64,000 bases of DNA, from assembly GCA_024405265.1 (NCBI GenBank), contig JAKSOZ010000005.1, forward strand, positions 11,618 to 75,617, given 5' to 3'. Of the stretch, positions 47,114-57,562 are shown piece after piece. The position numbers were made by a program, and so were the translations under genes. This DNA is from Kiritimatiellia bacterium (GTDB lineage Bacteria > Verrucomicrobiota > Kiritimatiellia > RFP12 > UBA1067). Every line of letters begins with the position of its first letter. The first letter of the stretch is position 1. Below the pieces are notes generated by a model that saw nothing but the letters and a program-made list of their open reading frames with translations, searched no databases and was not told the DNA's origin.

Positions 47114-47302
47114 TTAGGCCTTGGCCTCTTCACCTTCACCTTTCCCCTTCACCTCTTCATCCTTCTCGCCTTCTTTAAGGCCCTTCATGAATTCACCCTT
47201 CGCCTTTCCGAGACTACGAGCGAGTTCAGGGATCTTCTTGGCACCGAAAAGAACGGCGACGACCAAAACGACGATTACAACCTGCCAAAGTCCAGGTCTC
47301 AT
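47114..47302 (-). CDS. tatA: Twin-arginine translocase TatA/TatE
   Basis: TM helix, then LFGAKKIPELARSLGKAKGEF. Confidence 0.9.
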   Translation of the reverse strand: MRPGLWQVVIVVLVVAVLFGAKKIPELARSLGKAKGEFMKGLKEGEKDEEVKGKGEGEEAKA

Positions 47303-47313
47303 GATTACCTCCT

Positions 47314-47745
47314 TCAGTTACAAACGGGCGTGACGCCCTTCTTGAGGATGATATTGCCGTACTTCGCGGTTTCTCCGGTAAGCACGACAGCGAAAGCTTT
47401 TTTCGCGCGCTCATAGAACGCGTATCGTTCCATGCGAACGATCTCTCCGTCGAATTTAAGCGCCGCGCGATACTTCTTTTCTACCTCCGGGTCGAGCGTA
47501 TCGCCGGGGACCGCTTCCATCATGATGACCGGCGGAGCGTAGCTATCAAGCTCAAACAGCGGAATCATACCGGCCATAAGCTTATCAGCCGCGAGACCAT
47601 CCGCACGAAGAACGTAGTTACAATCCTTCCCGAAGTAGTGAGCCGGGAAATGAGCATCGGAGATAACGATCTCATCGCCATGACCCATTTCGGACATAAC
47701 CTTCAATAAATCAGGAGAAATGACCGGCGAAATACCTTTTAACAT
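47314..47745 (-). CDS. fucU: L-fucose mutarotase (RbsD/FucU family)
   Basis: [53 protein letters not shown]. Confidence 0.9.
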   Translation of the reverse strand: MLKGISPVISPDLLKVMSEMGHGDEIVISDAHFPAHYFGKDCNYVLRADGLAADKLMAGMIPLFELDSYAPPVIMMEAVPGDTLDPEVEKKYRAALKFDGEIVRMERYAFYERAKKAFAVVLTGETAKYGNIILKKGVTPVCN

Positions 47746-47767
47746 AGCTCACTCCTTTATTAGAAGA

Positions 47768-48763
47768 TTAAAGATAAGGATACGTCATCAAAAGCCCACC
47801 GTAGGTAAGGCCTGCGCCGAAGCCAACGAACGAGATCTTCATACCGGGCTTCACGGAGCCGTCCTTAACCGCGGCGTCGAGCGCGATCGGAATCGAAGCG
47901 CCCGAAGTGTTGCCGGTCGTTTCGATGTTCGAATAGAACTTCTCAAGCGGATATCCGAGACGCTTCGCGGAAGAATCGAGAATGCGCATATTCGCCTGGT
48001 GCGGAACGATAAGATCGATGTCGCTCACCTGAATACCGGCTTCCTTGCAGAGCTCTTCGATGACCATCGGGACGGTCTTGATCGCGAACTGGAAGACGCC
48101 GCGGCCGTTCATGAAGAGCCACTCGTTCTTCGCGGGAGCACCGATAACGACAGGATCGTGAGTACCGCCCTTGCGGCCCATCATTTCCGCGCCCGAACCG
48201 TCGGAGCGGAGATAAGAATAAGTCTTCGCGCCTTCACCTTCGCCCTCGGGAGCCTGCCCGACGACAACCGCGCCCGCGCCATCACCGAAGAGGATGCAAG
48301 TGCCGCGGTCGGTCCAGTCACAAATACGCGAGAGGCATTCGGCGCCGATAACGAGCGCTTTCTTGTCAGGATGAAGAGTCAAGTATCCGCGCGCCTGTTC
48401 GAGACCGAACACGAAACCGGAGCAAGCCGCCATCAAATCGAACGCATAGGCATTTTTGCAACCAAGAGCATCTTGCACGATGCACGCAGTCGAAGGAAGT
48501 GCATGATATTCGGGAGAAACCGTCGCTACAATAACGAGCGCAATATCCAGAGGATCGACCCCGGCGGACTCGAGCGCAGCCTTTCCGGCTTTAGTCGCCA
48601 TCGACGCGGTAGCATCGGTTCCTTCGGCGATATGACGCGAGTGAATGCCCGAGTGCGAATAAATCCATTCATCGTTGGTGTCGAGATTATACACCTTGGA
48701 GAGGTCGTCATTCGTCACGACCTTTTCGGGCAAGTAGCTGCCGGTACCAAGAATCTTCAGCAT
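47768..48763 (-). CDS. fabH: 3-oxoacyl-ACP synthase III
   Basis: GTGSYLP, AACSGF (catalytic Cys), LFGDGAGA, PHQAN, GNTSGAS; internal promoter TGGTATAAT at 48800-48808. Confidence 0.93.
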   Translation of the reverse strand: MLKILGTGSYLPEKVVTNDDLSKVYNLDTNDEWIYSHSGIHSRHIAEGTDATASMATKAGKAALESAGVDPLDIALVIVATVSPEYHALPSTACIVQDALGCKNAYAFDLMAACSGFVFGLEQARGYLTLHPDKKALVIGAECLSRICDWTDRGTCILFGDGAGAVVVGQAPEGEGEGAKTYSYLRSDGSGAEMMGRKGGTHDPVVIGAPAKNEWLFMNGRGVFQFAIKTVPMVIEELCKEAGIQVSDIDLIVPHQANMRILDSSAKRLGYPLEKFYSNIETTGNTSGASIPIALDAAVKDGSVKPGMKISFVGFGAGLTYGGLLMTYPYL

Positions 48764-50058
48764 GTAAGTTTCTCCTCTTCTACGAAATCGTATTGTGACA
48801 TTATACCATTTTTGCCACAGACTGTAAAGCGTTCAAGAAATTCCTCAAAAGGACGATTCTTCGCCGATTTGACGAAATCGATCGAGGGAACGAAACCGCA
48901 TTTGCGACAAATATGATCCATCGCTGCATATTCGAGAGTCCGCCCCATCGCGCGGCAACTCATTACGAAATCGGTAATCGCCCTTCTCGTCAAATCGACG
49001 ACGGCATAAAGGACCAAGCCCTGAAGACCGAACTTATCGGCAGCGCGGAAAACGAAGACCTTGCGCGAGGCATCCGTAAGCAGCGCAGCGAACTCTTCGC
49101 GCGTCCGACGAATCGTCGTCGCATTGAACTGATTCGTCTTACCGGCCATCTGGGCGAGACGATCAAGATCGCGCTCCGCGGCAAAAGAGGCGGAAACTTT
49201 AAGCTTCAAGCTCTTCAGATAATCGTTCGAGTCCTTATATTGGGCGAGCTCTTCGGAGGCCTTGCGCAACGCGGCGTAGCTTTTCGCACGAAGCGCATCC
49301 TCTTCGGTTTTTCCCATCTCGGAAAAGAAATACTCTTCGAGGCGGCGAAGGAACGCCTTGGGTTTCTCCATATCTTCCGGGAACGGGACAACCGTCACCT
49401 CGGGCAAATGGGCCGCCATCTGGGCGCGCTCGTGAGGATTATCATCGACGAAGACTACCGAATCAAGCCCAAGGTTGAGCGCGCGGCAAGCTTCGATCAA
49501 GTTCCCCGCCTTCGGCGCCCAATTCTGACGCGCTACGGCAAAGTCGCTTTTTTGAAGCGGCATATCCGCGCGAAAATCGAAAGGATCGTTTTTCGTGAGG
49601 AGTACGAGCGTCACGCCCTTCGCTTTGAGTTTAAGAACGCCTTCTTGAAATTCGCGGTAAGGAACGAGTTTTTCTTCGCCATCCTCGGAGAGAATCCCCT
49701 TCCAAAGCGTATTGTCGGCATCAAGCGCGAGAATCTTTTTAGGCGCGGCAAGACGAAGAAACTCGAATTCTTCCAAAAGTGCCGCGATGCCTTTCAAGGA
49801 ATACGGCATCGAAGCGAGGACTTTCATGCGCTCATCGAATGCGCCTTCGACTTCTTTTTCAAGCGCCGCGTCATACTTCGTCACATCGAAAACGAAGTCG
49901 GCTTTGTTCAAGGGAGATTCTTGATTTAAGAGTTCCTGCCTCCAAGCTCCGAAGCCGGGCGCGACTACGGTCTCATACCCCGCCTTCTCGAAATAAGGCG
50001 CGATAAGTTCGACGGCGACATCTCCGACGAGCGCGACGCTAGTTTTTCTCGGCTGCAT
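48757..50058 (-). CDS. HAD-IIIC / FkbH-like protein
   Basis: LALDADNTLWKGILSEDG, FVDDNPHER, RLAQMAGKTNQFN, DFVMSCRAMGR. Confidence 0.85.
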   Translation of the reverse strand: MQPRKTSVALVGDVAVELIAPYFEKAGYETVVAPGFGAWRQELLNQESPLNKADFVFDVTKYDAALEKEVEGAFDERMKVLASMPYSLKGIAALLEEFEFLRLAAPKKILALDADNTLWKGILSEDGEEKLVPYREFQEGVLKLKAKGVTLVLLTKNDPFDFRADMPLQKSDFAVARQNWAPKAGNLIEACRALNLGLDSVVFVDDNPHERAQMAAHLPEVTVVPFPEDMEKPKAFLRRLEEYFFSEMGKTEEDALRAKSYAALRKASEELAQYKDSNDYLKSLKLKVSASFAAERDLDRLAQMAGKTNQFNATTIRRTREEFAALLTDASRKVFVFRAADKFGLQGLVLYAVVDLTRRAITDFVMSCRAMGRTLEYAAMDHICRKCGFVPSIDFVKSAKNRPFEEFLERFTVCGKNGIMSQYDFVEEEKLTC

Positions 50059-51556
50059 TCTTCCAGAACTTCATCGATTTGTTAAGCCCGCGCCCTTCGA
50101 GATAATTCATCATCGCGAGATTCAAGGCCTTGCCGATCAAATCCCAATCAGGCGCGCCCTCTTCGATAAACGCGAGCTCGTTCTTGCAGAATTTGCCGCG
50201 ATGAGGGAGGACCTTCAAACCGAATTTCTCGGCGCCCTTCGCAATCGGGCTATGGACGGTCAAGGCGAAGCGGTGCCAAAACGCGCTTTGAATCAAATCT
50301 TCCTTAATTAAGCCGCGTACGAAATCAAGCGCCCCGAAAGCTTCCTTTTCGGTTTCGGTCGGGAAGCCGTACATGAGATACGCATGGACCATAATCCCAG
50401 CATCATGAAACGCTTTCATCGCCGCGCGGGAAGACTCGAGAGTGATGCCCTTATTCATGAGCTTGAGGAGGCGGTCATTCGCACATTCGAGCCCCGCAGT
50501 TACCGCGATACAACCCGCATCGGCCATAAGCTGACAAAGTTCGGGAGTAAAGCTCTTATCGAAGCGGACATTTCCCCACCACTCGGTTTTGTAACCGCGC
50601 CTTAATATCTCCTTGCAAACGCCGCGGATAACGGCGGGAGGCATCGCTTCATCGACGAAATGAATTCCGCCTCCGACTTTTTCCATCGCATCGACGATTT
50701 CCTTCGGATCGGTCATCGTGAAGCATTTGATGTAAGGAAGCGAGACGTCACAAAACGCGCACTTATGCCAGTAACAGCCGCGCGCCATGATGAGCTTGCG
50801 CCAGCGACCGACCGACCAGAGACGATGCATCGGATTTATCGTTTCAACGACATCGAAATATTCGTCCCAATCAATTCCCTCGTAGCTCGGCGCAACGAAG
50901 AGCGGAACTTCCACGCCTTTGACGAACTTATCGTACCCTTCATCGTACATGAACTCGTCGAAGTACTTGAAAGGACGTTCATCTTTCAAATCGCGAAGCT
51001 CGGTCGAAACGAAACCGCCGCCTAAAAGCATCTTCACTTTCGGATAATGCTTTTTAACGTACGCGGCGATTTTGAAAGCGGCGACAAGCGTCCCGGGGAA
51101 AGGACAAGAAACGCCGATAATCGTAGGGCGAGTTTCCTTAATCGCCTCTTCGAGATGAAACTCGAGGGGCTCATCAAGAACGCCGCGCTTTTTTATGAGC
51201 TTCTCCACGGCGCCGAAATCTTTCGCGCTCGCGCTGATTCGCTCGGCATAACGCGAAAATCCGAAGCTCTTATCGACATTATCACGAATCCAGATCGCAA
51301 GCTCGTCGATAAATTCGCTCGGGGCGATTTTCGCTTCGTCGGGAGCATTCCCGGATAAGAGCTCAAGAATCTCCTCGGCCTCATCGCCTCCATAGCTTAA
51401 AAGGATGTCACGAACGACCTTAATCGAAAGGTCGCGCTGAAAAACCTTGTAGCCGAGACGCGAAAGAAAGCCCGTTAAATGCATTGTTGCCGGATACGGC
51501 GTGTTCGTTTGCACGAACGGCGGAGTAACCAGCAACAATCTATCGCGTTTGGTCAC
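50039..51556 (-). CDS. B12-binding domain radical SAM protein
   Basis: LVTPPFVQTNTPYPAT, RGCYWHKCAFC (CxxxCxxC), FVDEA, HAYLMYGFP. Confidence 0.88.
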   Translation of the reverse strand: MTKRDRLLLVTPPFVQTNTPYPATMHLTGFLSRLGYKVFQRDLSIKVVRDILLSYGGDEAEEILELLSGNAPDEAKIAPSEFIDELAIWIRDNVDKSFGFSRYAERISASAKDFGAVEKLIKKRGVLDEPLEFHLEEAIKETRPTIIGVSCPFPGTLVAAFKIAAYVKKHYPKVKMLLGGGFVSTELRDLKDERPFKYFDEFMYDEGYDKFVKGVEVPLFVAPSYEGIDWDEYFDVVETINPMHRLWSVGRWRKLIMARGCYWHKCAFCDVSLPYIKCFTMTDPKEIVDAMEKVGGGIHFVDEAMPPAVIRGVCKEILRRGYKTEWWGNVRFDKSFTPELCQLMADAGCIAVTAGLECANDRLLKLMNKGITLESSRAAMKAFHDAGIMVHAYLMYGFPTETEKEAFGALDFVRGLIKEDLIQSAFWHRFALTVHSPIAKGAEKFGLKVLPHRGKFCKNELAFIEEGAPDWDLIGKALNLAMMNYLEGRGLNKSMKFWKNAAEKN

Positions 51557-51565
51557 GCGGATAAT

Positions 51566-53137
51566 TTAGAATTCGAGCTTCTCGTACATCATCGCCAAAA
51601 GTTCGGCGTAGGACATACGCGACTGAGTCATCGAATCGCGCTCACGAACGGTGAAAGTGCCGTCCTGAGTCGACTGCTCGTCGACCGTGATGCACCAAGG
51701 CGTACCCGCCTCGTCCTGACGACGATAACGGCGGCCGATGGCACCCGCAGTATCCCACATCACGTTGAACTTCTTCGAGAGCTTCGTGAAGATCTCGCGA
51801 GCGAGCTTCATCTGGGCCTCGTCTTTCTTGATGAGCGGGAAAATCGCGGCCTTGATCGGGGCGACCTTCGGCGAGAAGTGAAGAACCGTACGAACGTCGG
51901 GCTTCGCGGGATCTTCGGAGAGATTCTGCTCTTCGTAGCCCTCGCAGAGAAGCGCGAGCATAAGGCGGTCGACACCGGCAGAGGGCTCGATCACGTGCGG
52001 AACATACTTACCTTCAAAGAGCGCGAGACAGAACTTCTCGGCTTCGATAGGATCTTTGCCGCGGGAGACCCAGTCGGCCTGAGTCTTTTCGATGAAGGCC
52101 TTGCGAGCGGCTTCATCCATTTTCTTCGCGGCCTGCTTAAGCGGGTCGTCGAAGACCATCTGGGATTCGCCCGAGTGCTTCTGATGTTGAGAGAGGTCGA
52201 AGTCGGAACGCGCGGCGATGCCTTCGAGCTCCTGACGACCGAACGGGAAATCGTATTCGATATCGACGCACGCGCGGGCGTAGTGAGCGAGCTCGTCGGG
52301 CTTTTGCCAATATTCGACGAAGTGCTCGGTAGGAAGGCCGACGGCGTTGAGGAATTTCTTACGCTGTTCGACCCAGTACTTGTGCCAAACTTCCCAGCCC
52401 CAATCATCCTGAACGGGACCGTTCAAATCGGGATTGTCGGCGAGAGTCACGACGTGGCCATGAAGAATCTCAACGGCCTCGTCAGGGCGAATGAAGAACT
52501 CGAGTTCCATCTGCTCGAATTCACGCGAGCGGAAGGTGTAGTTACGCGGGGTAACCTCATTGCGGAAGCTCTTACCCATCTGAGCGATACCGAACGGAAC
52601 CGTCTGACGCGAAGTCGCGAGAACGTTCTGGAACTGGGCGAAGATCGCCTGAGCGGTCTCAGGACGGAGGTAAGCCGTGTTCGAGGGATCGTCGATCGGG
52701 CCGACAACCGTCTTGAACATAAGGTTAAAGGGCTTCGGCTCGGTCATCTCACCGCCGCAATAAGGGCAAGAAAGCGTCCCTTCGGGATTGTGAGGAACGG
52801 GCTTCTTTTTCTGTTCGGCGAGGATGTCTTCGATCTGGTCGGCACGCATCAACTTCTTGCATTCCTTGCACATCGTCATCGGATCGGCGAAAGTGTCGAG
52901 ATGGCCCGACGCCTTCCAGATTTTCGGGTGCATGATGATCGTCGCGTCGAGACCCGCGACATCTTCACGGCCACGAACCGTGAACTGCCACCAAGCCTGC
53001 TTGACGTTCGCCTTAAGCTCGCTACCTAAAGGACCGTAGTCCCAAAAGCCCGGCATACCGCCGTATATTTCGCTCGAATGATAAATGAAACCGCGGCGCT
53101 TGCAAAGCGCGGAAAGTGCATCCAATGAACTAGCCAT
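51566..53137 (-). CDS. glyQS: Glycine--tRNA ligase (homodimeric alpha2 type)
   Basis: LCKRRGFIY, YLRPETAQ, GKSFRNE, REFEQME, ELEGIAARSDFDL, HVIEPSAGVDR, IGRRYRRQDEAGTP. Confidence 0.96.
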   Translation of the reverse strand: MASSLDALSALCKRRGFIYHSSEIYGGMPGFWDYGPLGSELKANVKQAWWQFTVRGREDVAGLDATIIMHPKIWKASGHLDTFADPMTMCKECKKLMRADQIEDILAEQKKKPVPHNPEGTLSCPYCGGEMTEPKPFNLMFKTVVGPIDDPSNTAYLRPETAQAIFAQFQNVLATSRQTVPFGIAQMGKSFRNEVTPRNYTFRSREFEQMELEFFIRPDEAVEILHGHVVTLADNPDLNGPVQDDWGWEVWHKYWVEQRKKFLNAVGLPTEHFVEYWQKPDELAHYARACVDIEYDFPFGRQELEGIAARSDFDLSQHQKHSGESQMVFDDPLKQAAKKMDEAARKAFIEKTQADWVSRGKDPIEAEKFCLALFEGKYVPHVIEPSAGVDRLMLALLCEGYEEQNLSEDPAKPDVRTVLHFSPKVAPIKAAIFPLIKKDEAQMKLAREIFTKLSKKFNVMWDTAGAIGRRYRRQDEAGTPWCITVDEQSTQDGTFTVRERDSMTQSRMSYAELLAMMYEKLEF

Positions 53138-53152
53138 TTTGTTTTCTACTCC

Positions 53153-53578
53153 TTAAAATTCGTTTTGCTTTTCGAGAAGCTCGATCGCGTAGCGAACGAG
53201 CTCCACGCAGGGGCGCTTCTTGTAATAAGTCTCGGTACGCGCTTCGGGCGCGCCGCCCTTCGTCGCTCCAACCCCTTCCAAAAGAACGCGGCAAACTATC
53301 GAGCCGTTTTCCCGTTGAAATTCCTCGCAGAACTTCTGGACATAAGGATAGACAACCGCCTTATCCTCTCCGTACTTAAGCCCGAGAACAATCGAAGCGC
53401 CCGTAACCGTACCGCAAACTTCACGCATCCGGCCAACGCCACCTCCAAGCCCGCAGGAAACTTTCGCCGCGAGCTCGGGAGTAAGGCCGAAATCCGCCGC
53501 GAAAGCCCCGACCACAGCCTGAGCGCAGTTAAGTCCCGACTTGAAGAGCTCTACGCCTTTATCGCTACGCGCGGACAT
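53153..53578 (-). CDS. C_GCAxxG_C_C family redox protein
   Basis: NCAQAV, GLGGGVG..REVCGTVTGA, VCRVLL, RPC. Confidence 0.85.
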   Translation of the reverse strand: MSARSDKGVELFKSGLNCAQAVVGAFAADFGLTPELAAKVSCGLGGGVGRMREVCGTVTGASIVLGLKYGEDKAVVYPYVQKFCEEFQRENGSIVCRVLLEGVGATKGGAPEARTETYYKKRPCVELVRYAIELLEKQNEF

Positions 53579-54597
53579 CAGCCGACCTTCGCCTTAAGTT
53601 CCTTGACGTCGGCTTTGAGCTTCGCGACCATCTTAGGAAGAAGCGTACGAGCGCCGAAGTCCTTCATCGACTCGGCAGGAGCGCCGAGGACGTACTTGAC
53701 CGAGCCGTCGAGCGACTGAGGAACTCCGGCCTGAGGACCGACTTGAACACCATCGGCGATCTTGATGTGGCCCGAGATACCGGCCTGAGCCCAAATAAGG
53801 CAGCCCTTACCGATCTGAGTCGAGCCCGCGACGCCGGCTTGAGCGATAATGCCCGAATAACCCGCGACTTTGACGTTATGTCCGATCTGAACGAGGTTAT
53901 CGATCTTCGTCTGAGGGCCGATGTAAGTGCGGCCGATACGCGCGCGGTCGATAGTCGTATTCGAGCCGATTTCGACGTTGTCGCCGAGTTCGACGATACC
54001 GAGCTGAGGAATCTTCTCAATCTTGATGCCGGTAAGGCCGATCGAAGTGTTGTAGCCGTAGCCGTCTCCGTCGAGACGAACGCCGCAGTGGAGGATGCAC
54101 TTCTTACCGATAATCGTGCCTTCACGAAGCGTGACCTGCGGATAAATATGGGACTCATCGCCGACGCGGCAGTTTTCACCGATAAAGACCTGGGCTTCGA
54201 TAACCGAATCGTCGCCGATTTCCGCACCCTTTTCGATTACGGTAAAAGCTCCGACATGAACGCGCTTACCGAGCTTGACGCTCGGGTCGATGACGGCCGT
54301 CGGGTGAATTCCCGGTTCACGCTTAGGAGCTGGCGGCGCGAAAATCTCCGCCGCCTTCATGCAAGCTTCATTCGGCTCTTTAACGCGGATAATCGAGCAA
54401 GGAGCGCCCTGATCCCAGTCCTTGGGAAGAAGAACGGCTGAAGCCTGAGTTTCCTGAACGAGTTTGACGTGCTTCGGGTCCTTGCAGAAACTGAGGTCAC
54501 CCTTACGAGCTTCTTCGAGGCCGCCGCAAGCGACGATGTCGACGTCCTTACCCTCAAGCGTGCCGCCGAGGATTTTCGCGAGTTCACTTGCTTTCAT
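53578..54597 (-). CDS. lpxD: UDP-3-O-acyl-glucosamine N-acyltransferase
   Basis: GIHPTAVID, hexapeptide repeats, DGYGY, IPQLG.V, GSNTTIDR, KIDNLVQIGHNV; bamA-skp-lpxD order. Confidence 0.95.
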   Translation of the reverse strand: MKASELAKILGGTLEGKDVDIVACGGLEEARKGDLSFCKDPKHVKLVQETQASAVLLPKDWDQGAPCSIIRVKEPNEACMKAAEIFAPPAPKREPGIHPTAVIDPSVKLGKRVHVGAFTVIEKGAEIGDDSVIEAQVFIGENCRVGDESHIYPQVTLREGTIIGKKCILHCGVRLDGDGYGYNTSIGLTGIKIEKIPQLGIVELGDNVEIGSNTTIDRARIGRTYIGPQTKIDNLVQIGHNVKVAGYSGIIAQAGVAGSTQIGKGCLIWAQAGISGHIKIADGVQVGPQAGVPQSLDGSVKYVLGAPAESMKDFGARTLLPKMVAKLKADVKELKAKVG

Positions 54598-55150
54598 TTT
54601 CAACTCCCTTCGCTTCCTTAGGATTGACGCCCATATCTTTAAGGATTCCATTCGTGCAATCGAGCGAACCCTTCGAATAAGGAACGGCGGTCTGATCGAT
54701 GATAAGGTCGTAACCGTTTGCCTTCGCGTACTTGGCGATCTTCTTCTTAAGATCGTCGCTCGTCGCCTTCAGGAGATTCGACTCGAGATTCGCCATGTCC
54801 TGACGCGCCCTCATCGCCTCCGAACGATAACGCTGTTCGATACCGATGAGCTTCTGCTGGATCTCCATAAGCTGGCTCTCGACTTCCTTCTTCTTAGCGT
54901 CGGCGATCATCGGATTCTGAAGCTGCTCGGCGATTTTACGACCTTCGGCCTGAAGCTTCTCACCCTCCGACTTGATCGCGTCGAGCTTCTTTTCGATATC
55001 CTTGTCGGAATTCTCCAAAAGCGCCTTATTGGTTTCGTACGAGGGATGATTACGAACGAGCTTGAGCATGTCGACCGTACCGATCTTCATTTCCGCCGCG
55101 TTCACGGCAATCGTCGAAGCCAAAGCGACCAAGAACATCAATTTCTTCAT
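54584..55150 (-). CDS. skp: OmpH/Skp periplasmic chaperone
   Basis: Signal peptide, KIGTVDM, coiled coil, GYDLIID; lies between bamA and lpxD. Confidence 0.9.
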   Translation of the reverse strand: MKKLMFLVALASTIAVNAAEMKIGTVDMLKLVRNHPSYETNKALLENSDKDIEKKLDAIKSEGEKLQAEGRKIAEQLQNPMIADAKKKEVESQLMEIQQKLIGIEQRYRSEAMRARQDMANLESNLLKATSDDLKKKIAKYAKANGYDLIIDQTAVPYSKGSLDCTNGILKDMGVNPKEAKGVENESK

Positions 55151-55200
55151 AAGTTTTATTCCTTCACTTATCGTTTATCACTTATACTTTATCACTCATC

Positions 55201-57549
55201 TTAGAAATCATACCCGACGGAGAACGAGAACGCTTCTTTCTTGGCGTGATCGGGCTTCTCGATCGGAGTCGCGAGATCGAGACGAATCGGGAACATCGGG
55301 ATATCGAGGCGAAGTCCCGCGCCGACGGTCCAAGCGAACGTATCGGAGAAATCGAGATCGAACGTATCTTCGCCGACCGAGCCCAAATCCGAGAAGACCG
55401 CGAAGCGGAGCATCTTGACGATCGGAATCGTATATTCGACGTTCATGCAGAATAGCGTCTGACCGCCCCACGGCACGACATCCGAGCGAGTATTGCCGAT
55501 CGCGAACGGAGATACGTGACGATATTCGATACCACGAATCGACTTGGGACCGCCGAGGAACATACGATTGTAAATCGGAACTTCGTCGGTAATCGCGTCG
55601 ATAGTTTCGGCGCGGAAGTTGACCATAAGGACGTGATGATAACGTTCCCAAGTCGTGAAGTAATTGCGATGATTGAAGCCGAGCCTCCAGTATTCGTTAT
55701 CGCCGCCGGTCGCGAGATCGGCGAAGATGCGCGTACGCGAGCCCTTCGAAGGCATGCGATAGTTGTCGCGCGTATCATGACTCCAGAAAATACCGATCAC
55801 CGGCTCGAACGCGTCGCCGTACTTGCGATTTTCCTCTACCAGCGAAACTTCCTTACCCTTATACGTCCAAGTCCCGTAATCGATATCATCGAACTCGATG
55901 AACTCGCCCGAAAGCTTGAAGCCGAGACGACCGAAAGGATCCCAAGTCGGCCAGAACTTGACCGGATACGAAAGCGCGACCGACGCGCCCGAACGAATAA
56001 GATCGTATTCGTCATACCAGCGCATTCTGCGATAGCCTTCGACGTCGAGCTGGAGAAGTCGATCGAAGAGGTGAGGTTCGGTCACGCCGACTTCCGCGGT
56101 CTGATATCTCGGGCCCCAGGCGACGTAAACGCGCCCCTTCTGACCGGCGCCGCGGAACATTTTCGAAGGCGCGAAGAGGTCGAAATTGGACTGAGAAACT
56201 TCCGCCGAGACATAGACCGAGTCGACCGAGGAAGCGCCGACGCCGACCATGAACGAGCCGGTATTCTTCTCTTCCACTTCGTAAACGAGATTCTTGTATA
56301 TCGCGCCGTTTTCATCGGTACCACGCCCGGTATCTTCAAGATAATAACGAACTCGTGAGAAATAGTCCAAATTCTCAAGTCGTTTCTGGCTTCTCTCGGC
56401 GCGATCTTCAAGCATACGATCGCCGGGGCCGAGCGCGATTTCACGACGGATTACCTTATCCTTCGTGAAGTCGTTGCCGCGGATAATGATATCCTCGATG
56501 ACGACGGGATGACCTTCGGTGACCTTGAAAACGATATCGAGCGTATTGTCCACTCCGGTCGGGATTCGCTTCACGTCGACCTTCGATTCCGCAAGTCCGA
56601 GGTCACCCGAACCGACGGTAACCATTACTCGATGCGCGGCATCTTCAAGCGTCTTCTCGGACGCGGCCTCTCCTTCCATCGGGAGCGACGATTTGGCGCG
56701 AACATCCTCTTCGCTATACTTGGTAAGGCCGACGATGGACATCTTACCGATCTTGTAGCACGGTCCTTCTACGACATTGAAAACAAGATTCATCTTACCG
56801 GCATCGTCTTCAAGATTTTCTTCCGTCGGACCGGTAACGGCAACGTCGAGATAGCCGTGATCACGATAAACTTTCGCGACCTTCTCGCAGCAGCGTGCGC
56901 GTTCGTCGTCGGTAATGGGCGCGTCCGTGAACCAACCGATCGGGTTCCACCAAGGGAAATCTTCGATCGCTTCATGAAGCTCGCTCTCTTCGACGCCCTC
57001 GACGCCGTCGAATACGTAAGAAGCTACCTTGCGCTTTTCGCCTTCGTCGACCACGAACGTGATTGTCGCGTTATTGCCGCTCGTGACTTCAACTAGCGGC
57101 ATGACCTTCGCGTGCCCATAGTACTTCTTTTGATAAGCCTTGCGAACCTTCTGAGCCGCTTCCGCGAGGTCGCCTTCGCCGTAAAGATAGCCGTCCTTAA
57201 GTTCGGAAGCCTTCGCGATCTTCGATTCGCTCAAACCTTCGGCGCCCTTTATGACCATTGGAGAGACGAAACGAACCTTGCGCTTAACGAAAAACGTGAC
57301 CTCAATCGAATCGTTCACTTCTTCGATTTCCGCGTTAATCGCCTCGAATTCTCCGGAATCCTTCAAAGAATTGACGTCGCGCGTAAGCGTAACGTCGCTA
57401 TAAGGCTGACCAACTTTGGTCTGAACTCGGGCGACAACGCTACTGACATCGCCGCCGAAACCATCGAGCGCCTTTACGCGCACCTCAGACACATCCGCCG
57501 CCGAAGCGACCATGCTCATCAAAAATACTAATGCGAAGATTTGTTTCAT
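55201..57549 (-). CDS. bamA: Outer membrane protein assembly factor BamA
   Basis: Signal peptide from ATG 57549, POTRA repeats (GNDFTKDKVIRRE), VEEKNTGS, FLGGPKSIRG, C-terminal FSFSVGYDF; extended -10 at 57557-57565. Confidence 0.95.
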   Translation of the reverse strand: MKQIFALVFLMSMVASAADVSEVRVKALDGFGGDVSSVVARVQTKVGQPYSDVTLTRDVNSLKDSGEFEAINAEIEEVNDSIEVTFFVKRKVRFVSPMVIKGAEGLSESKIAKASELKDGYLYGEGDLAEAAQKVRKAYQKKYYGHAKVMPLVEVTSGNNATITFVVDEGEKRKVASYVFDGVEGVEESELHEAIEDFPWWNPIGWFTDAPITDDERARCCEKVAKVYRDHGYLDVAVTGPTEENLEDDAGKMNLVFNVVEGPCYKIGKMSIVGLTKYSEEDVRAKSSLPMEGEAASEKTLEDAAHRVMVTVGSGDLGLAESKVDVKRIPTGVDNTLDIVFKVTEGHPVVIEDIIIRGNDFTKDKVIRREIALGPGDRMLEDRAERSQKRLENLDYFSRVRYYLEDTGRGTDENGAIYKNLVYEVEEKNTGSFMVGVGASSVDSVYVSAEVSQSNFDLFAPSKMFRGAGQKGRVYVAWGPRYQTAEVGVTEPHLFDRLLQLDVEGYRRMRWYDEYDLIRSGASVALSYPVKFWPTWDPFGRLGFKLSGEFIEFDDIDYGTWTYKGKEVSLVEENRKYGDAFEPVIGIFWSHDTRDNYRMPSKGSRTRIFADLATGGDNEYWRLGFNHRNYFTTWERYHHVLMVNFRAETIDAITDEVPIYNRMFLGGPKSIRGIEYRHVSPFAIGNTRSDVVPWGGQTLFCMNVEYTIPIVKMLRFAVFSDLGSVGEDTFDLDFSDTFAWTVGAGLRLDIPMFPIRLDLATPIEKPDHAKKEAFSFSVGYDF

Positions 57550-57562
57550 GAATGTTATTTTA

